From the IMG/VR virus record IMGVR_UViG_3300037466_001780: a stretch of 64,000 nucleotides of DNA; one strand, 5' to 3'. Made by a program: the position numbers and the translations under genes. A model generated the notes under the pieces. That model was not told where the DNA came from. It did no database searches and was given only the letters and a program-made list of their open reading frames with translations. Below are positions 36,949 to 46,359 of this stretch, piece after piece; position 1 is the stretch's first letter; the number at the start of each line of letters is the position of its first letter. Source of the stretch: an uncultured virus (IMG/VR IMGVR_UViG_3300037466_001780). Its lineage: Duplodnaviria; Heunggongvirae; Uroviricota; Caudoviricetes.

Positions 36949-37093
36949 TATGAAACGGTTTTTATTCGAAGTGACGTATTTGAACGGAACGGTTCAGGAA
37001 ATTGAATTGTTCGCGGCCACGTTGCGGCAAGCTTGGCTTCGGTTATCTTTTTCGCAAGCGCAAAAGGTTATTTTGCTGGAAGGTGACTTGTAA
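36949..37093 (+). CDS. small early protein (~47 aa, not in ORF track; ends approximate)
   Basis: AGGAGG SD, MKRFLFEVTYLNGTVQEIELFA... Confidence 0.55.
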
Positions 37094-37454
37094 TACAGAT
37101 TATTTCCGTGAAACAATGTTCCACGTCACGTGCAATCCATGAAAGCGTTTTATTTCCGAACATTACAAAATAGCGAATACATTTTAAAGTTTTTTTTCGT
37201 TAGGGTATAAAAAAAATTTTGTTGTAAAAAATACTTTTTGCCTTTTTTTAATAATATAACAAGTAATTAAAGGAATACAAGGATATTGACAATACTTTAA
37301 TTATTTGTTATTCTTGCATTGTTAGTAAAAAACAACAAAAAGTTTTTTTCCCAAGTACCCAGAAGGGAGGGGCCAAACGAATTTTTCCTTGTGTTTTCTT
37401 AGTTTTGAAAAAACTAAGCATACAAAACGCTAAAATTTTAAAGGGAGTGCTTAC

Positions 37455-37853
37455 ATGCCTAGAATGCTATCTGTATTCGCGGAAGCCGTTCTGCTGCGTA
37501 TGCAGGACGGACTGGACGAAGCTAAAACCGCCGAAATTCTGAACACGAAGTACGGTACGGCATACACGGCCGACCATGTTGCAACATTCACCAATCGCGT
37601 AATCGTCAAGCGCAGGCATCCGTATTTGATCCATGAATTGAGAGATAAGGGCTTAAAAGCGCAGGCCGTCGCGGATTTATTCGGCATCCGGGTTCAGACT
37701 GTTTATTACCACCAGCGGCAATTTCCGAAAAAGCCGTTCGGTGATATGACAATGTTTACCTATGCAGGCGCATTACAAAAAGAGTGGGAACCTGAACACA
37801 ATAAATGGTTCGAACACGGAAGGCTGCATCACGCCGTTACGTATTCTCGATAA
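37455..37853 (+). CDS. HTH DNA-binding protein
   Basis: GLKAQAVADLFGIRVQTVYYH helix-turn-helix. Confidence 0.7.
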   Translation: MPRMLSVFAEAVLLRMQDGLDEAKTAEILNTKYGTAYTADHVATFTNRVIVKRRHPYLIHELRDKGLKAQAVADLFGIRVQTVYYHQRQFPKKPFGDMTMFTYAGALQKEWEPEHNKWFEHGRLHHAVTYSR

Positions 37854-37934
37854 TTCGCAAAACGGAACCGCGCATACAACCCTTTCAGCCTGTATTCGCG
37901 GTTCTCAAATTTCTTAAAAAAGGAGCATTACAAA

Positions 37935-38138
37935 TTGTTCGAAAAAGATGTAATACTACGTACAATCGAAGAATACCGTAAACAAGGCTATACGATGAAA
38001 GCCTGTTTTCAGAAAGCAGCCGCCGCTGTGAATTTTTCCCGCTCTATCGAATCCATTAAATATACGTATTACGAGGAACGCAAAGCCTTAAAACGCTATA
38101 GGGAGTTAACCGGGGACTATTCAGACATACAAAATTAA
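37935..38138 (+). CDS. hypothetical protein
   Basis: AAGGAG SD, TTG start. Confidence 0.6.
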   Translation: MFEKDVILRTIEEYRKQGYTMKACFQKAAAAVNFSRSIESIKYTYYEERKALKRYRELTGDYSDIQN

Positions 38139-38141
38139 CGA

Positions 38142-38171
38142 TTGACATGTATACAGGAACCGTGTTATGAT
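38142..38171 (+). promoter_or_regulatory. sigA promoter with ACATGT motif
   Basis: TTGACA-18-TATGAT. Confidence 0.75.
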
Positions 38172-38229
38172 AAGAATACAGAAGGGGAAGTAATTCCCCT
38201 ACATAACCCTTAAAGGAGGCCGAAAGGCT

Positions 38230-38832
38230 ATGAGAACAAAACAAATTAATATTTACAAGTACGATGAACTTTCCGACCGTGCGAAGCAAAACGCGCTTTA
38301 TCGTTGGGCATCACACGGCGATTATGACGGGTCGGAAAATGAAGAAACGCTGAAAGCGTTCGAAAACATTTTTCCAGTTAACGTGCGGGATTGGGAGTAC
38401 GGTGAGCGCGGCCGGGAGTATGTGCGCTGGACGTTTACGGCCGATGATGACATTGAGAACCTTTCAGGTGTTCGGCTGCTTACGTACCTTGCGAACAACT
38501 ATTTTCGCGATTTATGGAAAGGGAAATACTACTCGACGCGCATGAAATGGATTGACGGAAAATGCCATTATAAAAGCCGCCATTCAAAAGTCATTTTCGA
38601 TAACGCTTGTGTATTAACAGACGTTTGGATCGACCATGATATTCTTCAGCCGATTTACGGCTTTATGAAAAAGCCGGATCATCGCACGTTCCGCGATTTA
38701 ATGGAGGAATGTTTGGAATCTTGGATATCTGCTTGTACGAACGATTATGAGCATTACTATTCGAAAGAACATTTTGCGGAAATGTGCGAAGGTAACGAAT
38801 GGGAATTTGACGAATACGGAAATTTTGCTTGA
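38230..38832 (+). CDS. conserved early phage protein
   Basis: IYKYDELSDRAKQNA...NEWEFDEYG termini. Confidence 0.75.
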   Translation: MRTKQINIYKYDELSDRAKQNALYRWASHGDYDGSENEETLKAFENIFPVNVRDWEYGERGREYVRWTFTADDDIENLSGVRLLTYLANNYFRDLWKGKYYSTRMKWIDGKCHYKSRHSKVIFDNACVLTDVWIDHDILQPIYGFMKKPDHRTFRDLMEECLESWISACTNDYEHYYSKEHFAEMCEGNEWEFDEYGNFA

Positions 38833-38858
38833 CATGTATACATGACATGTGCTATATT
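38829..38858 (+). promoter_or_regulatory. sigA promoter with CATGACATGTG operator
   Basis: TTGACA-18-TATATT. Confidence 0.75.
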
Positions 38859-39084
38859 GAATGTAGGGAGGCGATAACATGTTGTTCTTCGCAATCGTGC
38901 TAGGCGCGTTCATTGCAAGCCCGCTGCTCGGGATCAAAACCCGGTATATGGCTGAAGAACGCGACAAGCAAACCGCTCGGGAAGTCGTCGAGGCTTACAA
39001 GCGCCGGGTTCTATAACGGAATCCGGCAAGTTTTTCACTCATTCCCATGTCACGTGACATGAGGCCAAAAGGGAGGCTTTTCAA

Positions 39085-39591
39085 ATGAAAAAAGTTATCA
39101 ACCCGATTATGAAAAAGACTTACGGCGGACGCTCCTACCGGGTACACATTAAAATCGAATTGAACGACGGCAAACTGTCCATTTCCGGGGTTGAAGGTGC
39201 GCTTCCTTCAGGTAATTGCTTAGGAAGTTGCGGACAAATCGATATGCACCTTCGAACCGAAAATCGCCACGCTAACGGATGGAAATACATGCCGGGCTGG
39301 ACACCTTCGAAAATGACGAAACTCTTGGAAATATGGGATCGCTGGCATTTAAACGATATGAAAGCCGGAACGTCGAAACAAGAAGCATTTATCCGGGATT
39401 GGAAAGCGGCAGGCAATAAATACGATTACACGGCCGTATGTAAAGCGTTGGAAGAAGCCGGGCTGCTGGTTGACGGTGAGTACAAATACGGCACGAAATG
39501 GCTGAAAGAAGAAGTGCCGCAAGAGGTTATCGAGTGGCTTTTCAGTCTCCCGGATGCCGAAAAGCCCTGTGCGTGGGGAAGAAATTTATGA
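39085..39591 (+). CDS. conserved early phage protein
   Basis: LSISG...CGQI...IWDRWHLNDMKAG...YKYGTKWL. Confidence 0.75.
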   Translation: MKKVINPIMKKTYGGRSYRVHIKIELNDGKLSISGVEGALPSGNCLGSCGQIDMHLRTENRHANGWKYMPGWTPSKMTKLLEIWDRWHLNDMKAGTSKQEAFIRDWKAAGNKYDYTAVCKALEEAGLLVDGEYKYGTKWLKEEVPQEVIEWLFSLPDAEKPCAWGRNL

Positions 39592-39679
39592 CCGTCCTTC
39601 ACATTCGAATTAACGGGCAGCTTGTGGCGATCCGGTACGGCAAGCAAATTATTTCAGTCCGGTAATACAAATTTCCCGC

Positions 39680-39709
39680 TTGACGTGTATACATGTTACG
39701 TGATATGAT
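39680..39709 (+). promoter_or_regulatory. sigA promoter with ACATGT motif
   Basis: TTGACG-18-TATGAT. Confidence 0.7.
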
Positions 39710-39737
39710 AAAACTATAAACAAGGAGGCGATGCCCG

Positions 39738-40073
39738 GTGATAAAAGTACATTGGATTAAAGATGGAAAGGAACATGAAGGGATGATTCCGGCTGAAAAG
39801 CTGGACGAATGGTTCGAGTGGGCGAAGAAATACACTTGGGCCTACGGATGGGAGGAAATGGGACTCACCCCGCAGGAACGCATGGCCCTCACCCCGGCGA
39901 TCTGCATCGATAACGAAGGCGTTGAGGATTATTTGGAACACGGGCAACGGTATTTACTTGACTTTCCAGAAAAAGAAGATAGAGCAGGCGTATTTGTATA
40001 CACGCTGGAAGGTTTTTTAATCGACACATTTTTTGAAGATCGCTTTACCGTAATTCCCGATGATGAAGCCTGA
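39738..40073 (+). CDS. hypothetical protein
   Basis: AAGGAGG SD. Confidence 0.7.
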   Translation: MIKVHWIKDGKEHEGMIPAEKLDEWFEWAKKYTWAYGWEEMGLTPQERMALTPAICIDNEGVEDYLEHGQRYLLDFPEKEDRAGVFVYTLEGFLIDTFFEDRFTVIPDDEA

Positions 40074-40404
40074 AGAAATCGTAAGTCGGGCGCGGGCTTC
40101 AGGGCTTCGCGTCCGGACGTTCCACGGCGATCCGGCAACAGGCCGGGAGTCTTATACGCAAAAAGGCGCGATTATCCGCATCATGGCGGGACATAAGGAA
40201 TTATATCGGCATCCTACTTACTTTCAGCCTAACTTAATGATTATCGGCTCCTTCAGTGCGGTTTTCGATTACAATCCAAAAAGAATCCGCGACTTCCCGT
40301 TTACCGTCTGCTATGAAAACAAACATGCAATCCGGATTTTCGAAACGAAAGAAAAAGCTGAAAGGTATGTCCAATATTTGAAGGGAGAACGCCAAAAATG
40401 TTAA
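40060..40404 (+). CDS. hypothetical protein
   Basis: overlapping co-oriented ORF. Confidence 0.6.
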   Translation: MMKPEEIVSRARASGLRVRTFHGDPATGRESYTQKGAIIRIMAGHKELYRHPTYFQPNLMIIGSFSAVFDYNPKRIRDFPFTVCYENKHAIRIFETKEKAERYVQYLKGERQKC

Positions 40405-40483
40405 TTGATGTGCTTGTATGGGGAGTCGTTGCAATCGCGCTAATAGCTTTGCTTATATACGGACTGTCGGGAGGTTGGAAAAA

Positions 40484-40669
40484 TTGACGGTGAAGTGTCC
40501 TCGCTGCGGAGAACACAACATCCAGAAAAACAACCCGGAATCTTTATTCTTCAAAGCACTCATATGCTATCCCTGTTCGGATGAAGAAATCCACAAAGTT
40601 AAGCGGGCATGGAAAACGCACCCGGAAATGGCTGAATATTTTCAGAAAATACTTTTGGGAGGTAATTAA
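40484..40669 (+). CDS. small zinc-finger protein
   Basis: GGGAGG SD, probable TTG start; CPRC...CYPC. Confidence 0.55.
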   Translation: MTVKCPRCGEHNIQKNNPESLFFKALICYPCSDEEIHKVKRAWKTHPEMAEYFQKILLGGN

Positions 40670-41002
40670 ATGATTACAGTCGAACGGGTAAAAGCGGCTT
40701 ACGAAAAAGCCGGGATTAAACCGAAGTCGGGAGATTTTTGCGGGGAAGGCTGTGGCTGCATATTAACGGCTTTATTAGTTGGGGAAGGGCATATAGATTT
40801 TCCCACGTTTAGAGCGTGGATGAGTAGTGCGCTAGACGAAAGCCCGGTCGGCATGTCTTTTACGGAATTTGTTAATAAAAAATTAGGGCTTGATGCTAAT
40901 CAAATGTGGTCGGTTATTGACGGTTTTGACGGGCTTATCGGTAAGCCTAGTGACTATTATAACCTCGGCGCAGAATGCCGGAAGGAGTTGTTGCAAATAT
41001 GA
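40670..41002 (+). CDS. hypothetical protein, tandem paralog 1
   Basis: MITVERVKAAYEKAGI...CGCILTA...DGFDG...CRKEL. Confidence 0.75.
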   Translation: MITVERVKAAYEKAGIKPKSGDFCGEGCGCILTALLVGEGHIDFPTFRAWMSSALDESPVGMSFTEFVNKKLGLDANQMWSVIDGFDGLIGKPSDYYNLGAECRKELLQI

Positions 41003-41334
41003 TAACGGTCGAAAGAGTGAAAGCGGCTTATGAGAAAGCGGGAATTAGGCCGATAAGAAATCACTTTGTAATGATAAACAATGCTGGCGAAAAATGCGGC
41101 TGCGGTTTGACGGCTATTTTGGTTGGCGAAGGTATTATATCATTTGAAGATTGGTTGGAAGGGAATTACGGTACGACACTTCCGTCTGAATTTATTGCTA
41201 GGCAACTTGACCTTACAGAAGACCAAGTAAGAGGATTCATGGACGGATTTGATGGAAGCCTTTGCCTGTATGATTCAAGACGGGAATACTACGAAATCGG
41301 CAAAGCCTGCCGAAAGGAGTTGATCGGGGAATGA
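40999..41334 (+). CDS. hypothetical protein, tandem paralog 2
   Basis: same N-terminus and CGC, DGFDG and CRKEL motifs. Confidence 0.75.
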   Translation: MITVERVKAAYEKAGIRPIRNHFVMINNAGEKCGCGLTAILVGEGIISFEDWLEGNYGTTLPSEFIARQLDLTEDQVRGFMDGFDGSLCLYDSRREYYEIGKACRKELIGE

Positions 41335-41585
41335 ATATTTACGAACGCCTTCTTCAGATTGCCGATGAAATCGAGGAATTGACCGGGGTTCGTCCGGATA
41401 TTGACGTTAATCTGCACGGGAACCTTGACGGAAAAACGGCTGAAGAATGCATGGCTGCTCGGGACGCGCTGGCCGCCGATGGTATGGCATTTAAAGACAG
41501 CGACGTTGGGAACTTCACCGTATATAGGGCTATGGGCCGCTTAATTGACTTCAATGTGTTCGGCCCGAATAAGGAGGAAGCATGA
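41331..41585 (+). CDS. hypothetical protein
   Basis: ATGA-coupled ORF. Confidence 0.65.
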   Translation: MNIYERLLQIADEIEELTGVRPDIDVNLHGNLDGKTAEECMAARDALAADGMAFKDSDVGNFTVYRAMGRLIDFNVFGPNKEEA

Positions 41586-41941
41586 CACGCGACGAAATAT
41601 TGGCAATGGAGCCAGGGCGTGAACTAGACGCGCTTGTGGCGGAGAAAGTGATGGGATGGACAGTTAAGTTCATGGATGGCATATGGGGGTGGATGTACCG
41701 CGAGAGCGAAAGAAACAGATGGTATAACGTTCCGCGCTTTACCACCGACATATCCGCAGCATGGGAAGTGGTGGAGAAGATGCAATCGTGGGGCGGTTGT
41801 GACATTGGGTGCTTCGGCAGAACGGGCGACGGCACATGGTATGTGGTTGAGACACACACCGTAAACGGTTGTCACAAGGCGACATGCCATACTGCTCCCG
41901 AAGCCATCTGTAACGCTGCTTTACTGGCATCGATTGAGTAA
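41582..41941 (+). CDS. phage ABA-sandwich domain protein (BC1872-like)
   Basis: GRELDALVAEKVMGW, PRFTTDISAAWEVVEKM and TAPEAICNAAL motifs. Confidence 0.8.
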   Translation: MTRDEILAMEPGRELDALVAEKVMGWTVKFMDGIWGWMYRESERNRWYNVPRFTTDISAAWEVVEKMQSWGGCDIGCFGRTGDGTWYVVETHTVNGCHKATCHTAPEAICNAALLASIE

Positions 41942-41964
41942 TACAAATTTCCATCGTACAAGTA

Positions 41965-41995
41965 GTATACAAATAGTGTCGTCTAGGGTATACTA
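41965..41995 (+). promoter_or_regulatory. sigF-like promoter
   Basis: GTATA-16-GGGTATACTA. Confidence 0.5.
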
Positions 41996-42051
41996 CCTGT
42001 CATAACCGCTAAATACACGGCATAGAATACATCAAAGGAGGATTTTCAAAT

Positions 42052-42582
42052 ATGGTTCCATTGGCACTAGGGAAAGTGTGTGCAGCTTGCGGGAAGGAGA
42101 GGAAAAGCAAGGCTCTGCGGTACGACACGGAAAGTTTCAACCCGTATTGTGACAACCCGTACATTTGTAACGACGAGCATCCCAATTCAGTTAAAAATTT
42201 GATTCAGAATCAGAAGGAAACGGTTCTTGTACCGCATGAGGACGCCGTTAATGCCTACCGGGAGCATCTTTCAGCCGTATACAAGGATTCGGACATCGTG
42301 CAAAAGATTCACCGGATGCTCACCGATCCGATTACGATCCGGGTACAGAAGCCCGAAATGGCAAAATTTCTTGTGGAGTTTCAGCAGGAAAACGATCTTG
42401 ACAGCCTATCGGAGACGATCCGGTATTGTGTCGAAGTTGTGATGGAAAACCGGGGCATGTTTATCAAAGAACATCGTGACGCAAAAGCTGAATTAAAGCG
42501 CGTTGAAACGGTAAAAGAAGCCATTCAGGAAGTTGTGAAACCAAAAGATGTAACCGTACCGGATGACGATCTAACGTTTTAA
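42052..42582 (+). CDS. zinc-binding + ribbon-helix-helix-like protein
   Basis: CAAC...C...C..H; ITIRV...SLSETIRYCV. Confidence 0.6.
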   Translation: MVPLALGKVCAACGKERKSKALRYDTESFNPYCDNPYICNDEHPNSVKNLIQNQKETVLVPHEDAVNAYREHLSAVYKDSDIVQKIHRMLTDPITIRVQKPEMAKFLVEFQQENDLDSLSETIRYCVEVVMENRGMFIKEHRDAKAELKRVETVKEAIQEVVKPKDVTVPDDDLTF

Positions 42583-42591
42583 TGGGAGGAC

Positions 42592-43314
42592 GTGGGCATG
42601 GAGCCTTTAAAGATTAGACTAGACGACAAGCCGAATTTGCTGAAAGCCCTCGCGGAAGATCGAGAAAAGGCGCGTGAAGTAATCGGCACTTTTATTGAAC
42701 TAATCGAGGAATCTTTTGCCTCCGGTTGGGTCGATATTGCCGAGCAGCTTCACCCCAAACTTGGGTTTAAAGACCTAGTTCGGGGCATCCTCCGGGGGTC
42801 TTTGGACTTAAAAGGCATCAATCCTGAAGCGTATGACGCGCTTAAAATCGAGGTTCACCCGCTGTCTATTCTTCAGCCTCGAAAGAACTATTTGGACGGC
42901 GGGATGAAATACACGAATTGGCGCAACTATTTCAAACTTCCGGACGATGCTGGCATAGGGGAAGAAACTGTCGCCCAAATCTTCCGGACGATGCTCCGAA
43001 ACATGAAGTATATCGACATTGGAAAGCTGCGGACATTCCTCGAAGCAAATCAAGTTGTCACGTACCGGGGCTTGGGTGATGAACAGATAATGAAATTGCC
43101 CTTTTACCCGGCCCTGAAGTATCAGAAAGCTATTGGAGAGTTACATGTCGGTAAATTTCACGACGATACCGGGTTTTTCGATTGTGGAGAAATCAAACTG
43201 GAAGATGGCGTGCCTGAAGCGTGCCCGGCGTGTAAACACCAGTATTTAACTATTCTCGATCTATCCGATTATGCACTCTGCGAAGCCTGCAACGCGGGTT
43301 TTAAAATCGTATGA
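42592..43314 (+). CDS. hypothetical protein with C-terminal zinc ribbon
   Basis: CPAC...CEAC. Confidence 0.7.
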   Translation: MGMEPLKIRLDDKPNLLKALAEDREKAREVIGTFIELIEESFASGWVDIAEQLHPKLGFKDLVRGILRGSLDLKGINPEAYDALKIEVHPLSILQPRKNYLDGGMKYTNWRNYFKLPDDAGIGEETVAQIFRTMLRNMKYIDIGKLRTFLEANQVVTYRGLGDEQIMKLPFYPALKYQKAIGELHVGKFHDDTGFFDCGEIKLEDGVPEACPACKHQYLTILDLSDYALCEACNAGFKIV

Positions 43315-43520
43315 AGTGGCTCGCGTATATCGGAATTACGTTGAACGTCATCCCGTTCCTGATTTTCGAATACCAAGTCTTGATGTATAACCCGCTGCTT
43401 CTTTTCGATCCGATCACACAATTTAAAGTGACATGGAGTTGTATGCTGGCTCCGATTACATGGCTCGGAACGGCTCTCATTATCTTCAGTCAAATCCCCT
43501 TTCGCCGGAAATCTCGGTGA
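43311..43520 (+). CDS. small membrane protein
   Basis: two hydrophobic segments, ATGA coupling. Confidence 0.6.
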   Translation: MKWLAYIGITLNVIPFLIFEYQVLMYNPLLLFDPITQFKVTWSCMLAPITWLGTALIIFSQIPFRRKSR

Positions 43521-43585
43521 AAGGCTGGTATTTCGACATGACATGTGTTACAATGTACGTAAAATCGATTGAAAGGAGAAACATC

Positions 43586-43789
43586 ATGTTACCCATCTTG
43601 CATCCTATGAGCAAAACTTCCATTGAATTAAGACGCGCCATTAACCGACTTTTGGTATTCATTGAACAGAACCCAAGTGACGATCACGTTACAAGCGGCG
43701 CGGTTCAGGAATTGATTGACGATTTGAAAGCTGCCCGGTCGCATATTCCGCATAGCTTACGCGATCCGGACATTGAAGAAAATAAATGA
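43586..43789 (+). CDS. hypothetical protein
   Basis: probable start MLPILH with AAGGAG SD, after a TGn-TACAAT promoter at ~43546-43554. Confidence 0.6.
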   Translation: MLPILHPMSKTSIELRRAINRLLVFIEQNPSDDHVTSGAVQELIDDLKAARSHIPHSLRDPDIEENK

Positions 43790-45411
43790 TTACATTCAGT
43801 ACCGACGAAAACTTCATTTATCTGAAGAATGTTCCCCCGTCGGAGAAATCGGTTATGGACGTATATTTCAATGCCGTTTGGTCGGCCCCGAAGAAGCATT
43901 GGCGGCTTCCGCTGAATCGGCACGTTTTAACGGAACTATGGCGCACGTTTCCGGAGTTGCGAAGTAATCAATCATTCAACGAATTGGGAAAGCTTACGGC
44001 TGAAGAAGTAAGGCAGTTGTTGGATAATCGAAAACGATTCCCGTATACAATTCCGAATAACCCGCTACGGCCATATCAGTTAGAAGACGTTCGTATTCTC
44101 GAAAAATTACCTTCAGCCGGAATATTCAACGAACCCCGGACAGGGAAAACCCCAACGGCCATATCGCTTATGAAGCGCATCGGCGGGAAGCGGAATTTGG
44201 TTGTCTGCCCGGCATCCCTTACGCTGAACTGGGAAAAGGAAATACGTGAGTGGTGGCCGGAAGCAAAAATACGAGTGGTAGACGATAAGCCAAGCAAGCG
44301 ACAAATCGTATGGACTGAACATAACCCGCCGTATTTTAATTACGTATTTGTAGTCAGCAAAGACACTTTAAAATCCGATATTGAAACAGTACAGAGATTG
44401 AGTTTCGATACGTGTTTTATTGACGAAGCGCATTTTCTGCGGAATTACCAAACCGCACAATCGAAGGCGATTTTCAAGATTAAAGCTGAACGCAAATACA
44501 CCATGACCGGGACGCCGACGGTCAATCATCCTTCAGATATTTGGGGCATCCTGCATTTCCTTGATCCGAAAGCCTATCCGTCCTACTGGCAATTTACGGC
44601 TCGGTATTTCGAAACCTTCCAAAGCCAGTATTCGGCCGGACTTGAAGCCGGAAATCCGAAGAAACATCGGGAAGCTGAACTGAAGGAGATTGTGGGGCTA
44701 GTCTCCGTTTCGAGGAAACGGAGTGAAGTTATGGCATGGCTGCCGAAAAAGCAATACAGCAAATTGCCTGTCAAAATGGAAGGAAAACAACTTAAACTTT
44801 ACAACGAAATGAAGAACTTCTTCACGGCGACGGACGATCCGGTGGCCGTGGATACACCGAACGTTATTACGCAGCTTATGAGAATGAGACAGTTATGCCT
44901 TGATCCTCGTCTTTTGGGATTCGATGAGCCGGGAGCAAAGACAAAAACCTTACTCGATTACTTGGAGAATCGGCGCGAACCCATCGTCATAATGACCATG
45001 TTCACATCATACCTGAAGATGATTGCTCCGGAGATTAAAAACCGGAAAGTAGGTATGATCCATGGTGAAATGTCAGCCGCGCAGAAACAGCAATCTGTAT
45101 TGGACTTTCAAATGGGCCGGATTGACGTCCTGCTATGCAACATTGTGGCCGCAGGAGTCGGGCTTACGCTCGACAGGTCTAATACGGTGCTGTTCCTCGA
45201 CCGCGCATGGACGCCCGCAGAAAATGACCAAGCGGAAGATCGTGTCTGTCCAACTTCGCAAGAACGAAACCACGCGCATTTGATTGTCGATTTGGAATGT
45301 GTAAACAGCGTTGATACGCGCATAAACGCGGTTCTTAAAAGTAAACGTACCCTAACAGACTACATCAACGAAGGCGGCCGCGCTGCGATAAAATCTCTGT
45401 TAGGAGAGTGA
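43786..45411 (+). CDS. SNF2-family helicase
   Basis: LRPYQ, EPRTGKT, VVCPASL, IDEAH, MTGTP, GVGLTL and QAEDR motifs. Confidence 0.92.
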   Translation: MITFSTDENFIYLKNVPPSEKSVMDVYFNAVWSAPKKHWRLPLNRHVLTELWRTFPELRSNQSFNELGKLTAEEVRQLLDNRKRFPYTIPNNPLRPYQLEDVRILEKLPSAGIFNEPRTGKTPTAISLMKRIGGKRNLVVCPASLTLNWEKEIREWWPEAKIRVVDDKPSKRQIVWTEHNPPYFNYVFVVSKDTLKSDIETVQRLSFDTCFIDEAHFLRNYQTAQSKAIFKIKAERKYTMTGTPTVNHPSDIWGILHFLDPKAYPSYWQFTARYFETFQSQYSAGLEAGNPKKHREAELKEIVGLVSVSRKRSEVMAWLPKKQYSKLPVKMEGKQLKLYNEMKNFFTATDDPVAVDTPNVITQLMRMRQLCLDPRLLGFDEPGAKTKTLLDYLENRREPIVIMTMFTSYLKMIAPEIKNRKVGMIHGEMSAAQKQQSVLDFQMGRIDVLLCNIVAAGVGLTLDRSNTVLFLDRAWTPAENDQAEDRVCPTSQERNHAHLIVDLECVNSVDTRINAVLKSKRTLTDYINEGGRAAIKSLLGE

Positions 45412-45415
45412 GTGT

Positions 45416-45709
45416 ATGAAATTCGTAATGGAAAGGCCCGGCAAGTGGATGGAACGTTTGGAGGATGCCCCCTTACCTGCCGGACATGAAACGCCGTTTT
45501 TAAGGTTCGATCACACCGATGATTTCAGCACGAATTTTAGCTTTATGCCGGATTTGCCTTATTCGGAGGAACATACCGTTGAAGCGTTCATCGATAACAG
45601 CCTTCTTCAGTTCGACTATCTCGGATATCATATCCTTAACTGGTTCCCTCACGGCAAAACGACCTACAAATTTATGAAGGCGACAGCCGATTTCTTTTTT
45701 GGGGAGTGA
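45416..45709 (+). CDS. hypothetical protein
   Basis: co-oriented with SD. Confidence 0.6.
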   Translation: MKFVMERPGKWMERLEDAPLPAGHETPFLRFDHTDDFSTNFSFMPDLPYSEEHTVEAFIDNSLLQFDYLGYHILNWFPHGKTTYKFMKATADFFFGE

Positions 45710-45981
45710 TCGAGATGGATTATTCAATTGAAGAAATGCTGAAGCAGATGTTCATCGGCGGCGCAAAGGCTTTGTTTCTCGGCCCGGTCGGGTGGCATAT
45801 TGGGATCGTTTTGGTCGTGGGAATTACTTCAGCTTACATCGAAAAACGCCTCATTAAACGCAGGAAAGAACTGATGGCACAAGGCGTAAAAGCCGTATCG
45901 TATTGGATATGCGCGATCACCGCACTTTTGGCCGTGCTGAAAGCAGCAAAATTGACTTTAATTACCTTCCGGATGTTGTAA
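45706..45981 (+). CDS. two-TM membrane protein
   Basis: hydrophobic helices flanking IEKRLIKRRKE. Confidence 0.7.
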   Translation: MIEMDYSIEEMLKQMFIGGAKALFLGPVGWHIGIVLVVGITSAYIEKRLIKRRKELMAQGVKAVSYWICAITALLAVLKAAKLTLITFRML

Positions 45982-46001
45982 AAATTTTTGGACTTAAATG
46001 A

Positions 46002-46031
46002 TTGCATGTTTCACATGACATGTGGTACAAT
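46002..46031 (+). promoter_or_regulatory. sigA promoter with CATGACATGTG operator
   Basis: TTGCAT-18-TACAAT. Confidence 0.7.
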
Positions 46032-46053
46032 AGAAACATGGAGGCGATGAAAG

Positions 46054-46359
46054 ATGATTAACATCGATGCAATCGCAAAAACGGTAGCTGAAAAGATCGT
46101 GGCGAAGGTTGACGCAAACACGGCCGATTATGCCGAGGACTTCGATACGGATAACCTGATCGACCAAGCGGTTGAGGACGTGTGCGAAGGAACGCCGTTG
46201 AACCCGGAGGATTTGTTCGACGTTGTGGCCGGACATCGGGAAGTTGAAATGGCAATTCAGGGCGCACGGATCATTGTGCAAGACTGGGTTTCCGATCAAG
46301 AACTTTGGAAAGACGGCCCGATGAAAGTATACGGACTGAAGCAGGCTGATTTCGTATGA
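46054..46359 (+). CDS. acidic hypothetical protein
   Basis: GGAGG SD. Confidence 0.7.
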   Translation: MINIDAIAKTVAEKIVAKVDANTADYAEDFDTDNLIDQAVEDVCEGTPLNPEDLFDVVAGHREVEMAIQGARIIVQDWVSDQELWKDGPMKVYGLKQADFV

